From: Pseudogymnoascus verrucosus
Lineage: Eukaryota
Length of the DNA: 64,000 nt
Assembly (NCBI GenBank): GCA_001662655.1
Contig: KV460224.1
Direction: 5' to 3' (one strand)
Positions 58,772-64,000 of this stretch are shown piece by piece (the first letter of the stretch is position 1; every line of letters begins with the position of its first letter). Position numbers and translations under genes: made by a program. The notes beneath the pieces are model-generated. The model did not search any database, was not told the origin of the DNA, and was given only the letters and a program-made list of their open reading frames with translations.

Positions 58772-61439
58772 TTAATTCAATCCAGAGTAATAGGGGTCCC
58801 AATTCATGCGGTTATTCGGTTCGCTCAGCGACTCAACCAACGAAACCTTGAAGGCCTTGGCGACCTCTTCTGCGATAGAATTAGCAAGCGCATCAACAGC
58901 ATAGCATGATGTGCAACGTACCTCTCATTCCATCTACAGCCTCAAAAGCACTCGCATAATTTTCCAGCCCGCTTAAAATACGCCCCAGACCGTGGCGAAG
59001 TGCACCCTCATAAGGCGAGAGCGCAAGGGTGATCTCTGAATTTGGGGACTCCAGCTGCCCGTTGCGCAGCTTGTATATGAGCAACGTAAGAGCATAAGCG
59101 CCCATGAGGGCGCAGCACATGAATGTGGGCATTGTGCGGGGCGGCAGGGCGCTCAGCGGGGTGCTTAGGAGGCCAGCGGGGTCAACCATACCAGAGGGGT
59201 TGGGATAGGGGAGTGCGTGTAGGGTTTCGGAGATGTCCAGGGCGGCTTTGCGGGCGATATTCGTCGAGTAAAGGGCGCTGAATGGAAGCTGCGAGTCACC
59301 TGGTGGCGACAGGATGGGTGGGGGACGACCTCCAGTGCTGGCATGGGTCAGGCTGCTGGATGACTGCCCGGGCTGTAATTGCCTGGAGGGATCGTGAGAT
59401 ATATCGACGCTCGGGCTGTTCGAGGCGAGGACGGGGGTGCTATTGGACGTAGTTGGTTGCAGCCCACAGTGTAGCTTTGTAAATATCGGAGTGTTCATAA
59501 ATGCAGGGTAGCGATGGATTTTGATCCGCGCACTATTGAGAAAAGTCAGACTCGAACAGATAAGACCAACCAGGAGATTGACCTATTTATCTTAACACGT
59601 CCCATTAATCGGAGAGACTTCGCCACAACCGCTTCGCTGGAAGTAACCGGCATGTTGCATGGTGTTTTATCGAACCAAGCGTCTGCTATCTGACTGAGAC
59701 TTTCCAGCCTTGCTTCCATATCGAGCGTGCGCATATACAGGACTGATAAGTCACCACCATTCTCAATAATCTTGCCGAGGTCGTTGGTATATTTTGACGC
59801 ATCTAAAATCGCGTACTGGCATTGGACGAAAAATGGAATGGCCTAATAATTTAGCATATGCACGTTTTTAGAGAGGTGTCAGCTATTACAAACCTCGGGG
59901 TCTGCAGCGAGGGTCGGATAAGGCAGAGAATATTTTGGGTCCCGGATATCAATTGCAGTTTCCTGGAGACAGCAAGTTAGCTAAGGTCGGTCTGCGGCAG
60001 TTTGGAGGGCTTACAGTGCCGCTTATAGTTGCGACCTCGCAAACGTTGATGTACTACACAATATTAGACCTATTTCATGGGTCAATAGGAGAGTCTTACA
60101 GTTGCCCACCAGACTCGGCGCCTTGCTTCGACAAACTGGTCCACTATTGGCGAGTATAGCTTGGCTTCCAATGCCAGCATCAATGACTGTCCGGAGCGAT
60201 TCAGCATCTTCTTCATGTTTCCTCGTTGGCCATATTCATAGATACTCAGTATCATTAGCGCCACATTGGATTCTAGGTCCAATGGTAGATCCTGATGGAA
60301 GGGTGCTCGATATGTGCGCGGACTTCCATTAGAAAGAGCATCCTTGGGGTTGATAATCGAGTCAACAAGCTCAGTCTCATTATCGAGCGCTTCAAAAGCC
60401 GCCTGTGCAAATTTATGGGCCTGGATCCTGCGGTTCCAAGTTGAGTTCTCGCCCTTTGGATCAGGGTCGTCGGGGAGAGGTATGAGAGCAAGCATTGCCG
60501 AGAGTGCGAGTGGAAGCGGTGTACTGGGTCCATAGCCACCTGTAAGACTTCCAAGCGCCACGGGCCGATCAACCGGTGGCCGGATTGGGGGTGGCAGAGC
60601 CGGGAAATAGGCGTGGCAGTAGACATAATACGCATCTAGTCTACAGTCGGTGGTATCAGCTTCCGGTGTCTGGAAGACAGTACTCAAGTAGCAATGCAAT
60701 GGATACAACTCACATATCAGCATCAGTCTCATAGGTTCGTACGTCACTCGTGTTCTCGTCAGATCCACTTGTAAGGGATGCACTGTTGAAGCTATCCCAG
60801 GCACTGCTTTCACTGTCCCCGAGTGGATCGAATTGCATGCCAGAGAAACCATGCACCTGGTTCAACTGATCTATGCCATATAATGGCGCGCCCGCATTGG
60901 TCTGGGCGTCGGAAAGCACGACGTCCTCCCCAGAGAATTCGTCGATCTGCCGGAGGCCAACGCCAGTGTCGGAGATGATAGACGCTTCTAAAAATTCTGC
61001 ATATAGCCATTAGAATGTGCAAAATAGACGGGGCGTAATGCTTACGCTCTGGGACTGATAGGGGAGACTCCTGCTTGAGGATGTCGGCGGTAGATATCCG
61101 CGGCTTTTCTTTTGAGCGCCGGCCATGTAGGGAAACACGGGGCCCGCCTCGTTTGCTTCGAGTATATAGACACTCCTTCCCCTTTTCCAAGCACTGGCCA
61201 TATGCCGTTAGTATGTTCATATTCCCATCGCGGGGATCTATGCATTCTCACCTTTGAACAATCTTGCTTCCCGTCACATCTTATGCGGGAGCTCCGACTA
61301 AAGTTAAAGATGGTGGATCAGCACTAGCAGCTTCATCTGCTACCTGGGGAGATAGTAACAAGGGGGATTGGCCATACCACGACAAGCAAGCGAGCTTCAC
61401 CGGCGGCTTTGCGAATTTTTTGCGTGTCTGGGAATCCAT
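58772..61439 (-). CDS. Zn2Cys6 (C6) transcription factor with fungal-specific TF domain, multi-intron
   Basis: MDSQTRKKFAKPPVKLACLS(C)R..RIRCD..CS(N)CLEKGKECLY..SKRGGPR across introns; YYVYCHAYFPALP and EARRRVWW middle region. Confidence 0.88.
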
Positions 61440-61979
61440 ATCATGTGATTGAATAGAGATGGGGCCGAACAACGTGGTTCTTGGCGGGCAGCGCGTGGGA
61501 ATGGGGCAGCGTATGCGCTACAGCTATGCAAGTCTACGCTTTAGCTAGCCCAGGCTCGGCGGGTAACACCAGCGGATGAAGTGGAATTGTGGATTTAGGA
61601 TGAATAGAACTACCCAGTAATATAGCTGCAACCGAGATATAAAAATAACGGCGGAGAGACAGGACGGCGGCAACAAGATGAGGCGGCAAAAATACCGAGA
61701 GTGTGGAAGTGGATGCGCATGGCATTGAGGGGGAGGGTCCACCGGAGACGTATTAATCCGGTAAAACCCCGCGCTGTTGTCACCATGTTGATTACCAAAT
61801 ATGCGTCCATACATAGGAGTACTCCATACATAGCCTCAGCCATTTTTGACTTTTTGGGATTTTCAAATCCACTCTCTTTGTCAGGAGCGGAAGCGGTCAA
61901 TAAAGCAATAAATAGCGTTCCATGAGACCTGAAACCATTGATTACCGTCGATCACGTGATGATATTCGGCATGTCTTAA

Positions 61980-63377
61980 CTAACTGCTGTGAATTATATT
62001 CCCCCTGACATACACGTTGACAATGTTTCTGTCGTCAGCCGTCATCATGAATTTTTCAAACACTGTTTTCATCCCGTCCCCAGCCTCTATCCCAGTGCTG
62101 GCTAAATTGAGTTTGTCTCCATCCACCGATGCCATCTGGACGTGCAACGCATCGAAGAGCTTGCCAATAGCGAAGTTACCAGACTCCTGCTCTATGCCAC
62201 ATACTCGCGCCCCTCCTAGTGTTGCCAAGTAGAAGCACTCTTCGAGGGAGAGGCTCTTGTCTTCGCCCTTGGTCATCATCTCCCTCGCGTTCGACACTAT
62301 GAACGCCTGCCGCATAGCGTCCAAGATGGAGCTTGAGAAACCACCGCCGCTATCGGTCCCAAGTCCGACCTTGATATCTCGGCGCAGGAACTCGCGGATC
62401 GGAGCTGCCATGAAGCCTCCACCCACCGTGGTGTTGGCGATGGGACAATGAGCGACTCCACAGTCCAGGGCCTTGAGGCGCTCCATCTCGTAAGGCGTCA
62501 TATGGCAGCAGTGTGCGAGGACGCTGCGGTTCGTGAGTAATCCGAAGTGGGCATATAGGTCTGCTTCATTGTCAAACTCGGGGAATAGCGTGAGTGTCGC
62601 TGCGATCTCAGACTCGGCTTCGTTAAAATGTGTCTGAATGGGAAGACCTGCGTTCTCTGCCGCTATCTTGCCGAGCCCCTTGAGAAGCTCTCGCGTGCAG
62701 GAGATGGCAAAACGGGGGGTGATAATGGGCGTAATCTGCGAAAAGGTTGGATCGCGGCTGCGGACGTGGGAGATGAAGTCCTCTGTCACTCTGAGCGACT
62801 CCTCGGCGCTGGCGTCGGTGTAGTAGGCTGGGCTATTCTTGTCCATGTTGCACTTCCCAATGAACGCGCGCTGGCCCTTCGCCAGACATATATCCGCTAG
62901 GATTTTCGTGGCTTCGCCGTGCAGTGATCCGTAGTAGCATGATGTGGTGATTCCCTGTTTGATGGACCCGTTGATACACGACTCATACACCTTTCTGGCA
63001 TAATCCTTGTCCTCAAATTTGGCTTCATTTGGAAATGTAACTGTGTCTAGCCACTCTAGAATCTGAAGACCTCGCCCAAGGCCTCTTTGGGCCCACTGAG
63101 GCGCATGGTTGTGCGTATCGACAAATCCGGGGATCATGAAACCAGGATTGATCTTATCCCTCGATATTACCGATATACGGTACTCGCCGGCTAGAATGTT
63201 AAGGCCGTCGAGAGCCGTCCGGGTTTCCTCCACCGGGATGTTATGAAGGAAGTGCACAATGCGCCCGTCAGGGCCTACCACGAGCATACCATCGTGAACA
63301 ATCTCAATAGAACCTGGCGACGTCGAATGTATGAACGTGCCATGAAACACCTGATAAATTCCCGTTCGATCAGACAT
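61980..63377 (-). CDS. Guanine deaminase (amidohydrolase family)
   Basis: PGFVDTHNHAPQ, ITPRFAISC, QTHFNE, LAHCCH, HCP, GLGTDSGGG, DDRNI. ATG at 63377. Confidence 0.93.
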   Translation of the reverse strand: MSDRTGIYQVFHGTFIHSTSPGSIEIVHDGMLVVGPDGRIVHFLHNIPVEETRTALDGLNILAGEYRISVISRDKINPGFMIPGFVDTHNHAPQWAQRGLGRGLQILEWLDTVTFPNEAKFEDKDYARKVYESCINGSIKQGITTSCYYGSLHGEATKILADICLAKGQRAFIGKCNMDKNSPAYYTDASAEESLRVTEDFISHVRSRDPTFSQITPIITPRFAISCTRELLKGLGKIAAENAGLPIQTHFNEAESEIAATLTLFPEFDNEADLYAHFGLLTNRSVLAHCCHMTPYEMERLKALDCGVAHCPIANTTVGGGFMAAPIREFLRRDIKVGLGTDSGGGFSSSILDAMRQAFIVSNAREMMTKGEDKSLSLEECFYLATLGGARVCGIEQESGNFAIGKLFDALHVQMASVDGDKLNLASTGIEAGDGMKTVFEKFMMTADDRNIVNVYVRGNIIHSS

Positions 63378-63630
63378 AGTGGCAGATGTTGTTGATGTTG
63401 ATGTCGGCAACTATATTGGTTAGTTGTGCTGGCGTGGTGAGGTTGTTGGTTGGTAATGTCGAGTGCTGATGCATCTGCATCCAACCTGGACAGACCAAAG
63501 ATCTAAACCTTGTTAACAACTGCGTACATGCCTCAGACGGAATAATACATCATGCCACAACACCAGAAATTCGTTAGGTGTTTATTCATACACTATAAAT
63601 ACATATAAGTTTATATAAAATACATAATTA

Positions 63631-64000
63631 TCATCCTTGTGTTGTTCCCAGTATTTTCTTCTCCAATTCGTCCTCCGTCCTGCGCATCGTTTGGATCGCG
63701 TTCAGGGTCAACGGACAATGTTGGTCTACATATTTCAGTACATGGTAAGCCTGTCCAGCTGCTGAATATGAGCCCTCCATATCCAGGTAGGCCCTCGATA
63801 ACATAAGAATGGTATGGTAGATGGGGCGGAGATAAGTTGGATCTCTCTTTCGGGCGCGGTCCTTGAGCGACAAGCGGTTCCGGCGTGGCTCTACTTGACG
63901 AATCATTGCCCATCCAAGCCACCCCGGCATGAGACGTTTCTCGCATACGCCGAATGCTTCCTGGTACTTGTATGCCTTGGTAAGGGCTTGGACGTACAGG
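63631..64000 (-). CDS. C-terminus of a probable mitochondrial PPR translation factor (Cya5/Pet309-like); start outside the window
   Basis: Open frame from the window edge: LYVQAL..EAFGVCEKRLMPGWLGW..YLRPIYHT..CPLTLNAI. Recognised by resemblance only. Confidence 0.55.
   Translation of the reverse strand, partial: LYVQALTKAYKYQEAFGVCEKRLMPGWLGWAMIRQVEPRRNRLSLKDRARKRDPTYLRPIYHTILMLSRAYLDMEGSYSAAGQAYHVLKYVDQHCPLTLNAIQTMRRTEDELEKKILGTTQG

Noticed and set aside
58772..61439. Zn2Cys6 TF as regulator of the opine cluster
   Set aside because: About 38 kb away among unrelated genes; no supporting evidence.

Overview
This is a gene-dense eukaryotic window from a filamentous ascomycete (Pezizomycotina). 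Evidence: short GT-AG introns with CTAAC/CTAAT-type branch sites, a Zn2Cys6 regulator and a RIP-mutated Fot1/Pogo transposon. The genus cannot be fixed from sequence alone. It holds about 29 mostly accessory genes: CAZymes, secreted enzymes, small secreted proteins and detoxification genes. The main candidate for an undescribed system spans ~10.4-20.4 kb and has no PKS, NRPS or terpene backbone gene. It comprises a metalloreductase with a Met-rich (Cu-binding-type) ectodomain, a DHA1 MFS exporter, an intronless opine (octopine/nopaline-type) dehydrogenase, an intronless SAM methyltransferase and a cytochrome P450. The shared methyltransferase/P450 promoter carries a perfect inverted pair of Mac1-type copper-response elements. 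I infer a copper-starvation-induced, opine-derived metallophore pathway. Other notable items: a MetAP2 paralog head-to-head with a GST, a bicupin with an oxidase-type lid divergent from a secreted SBP56/methanethiol-oxidase-like propeller, two back-to-back perfect palindromes in a hairpin-rich intergenic stretch, a pectin-use neighbourhood with a GARE motif, and several intron-split secreted proteins missed or truncated by the ORF track. All family calls come from motif recognition, not database searches.
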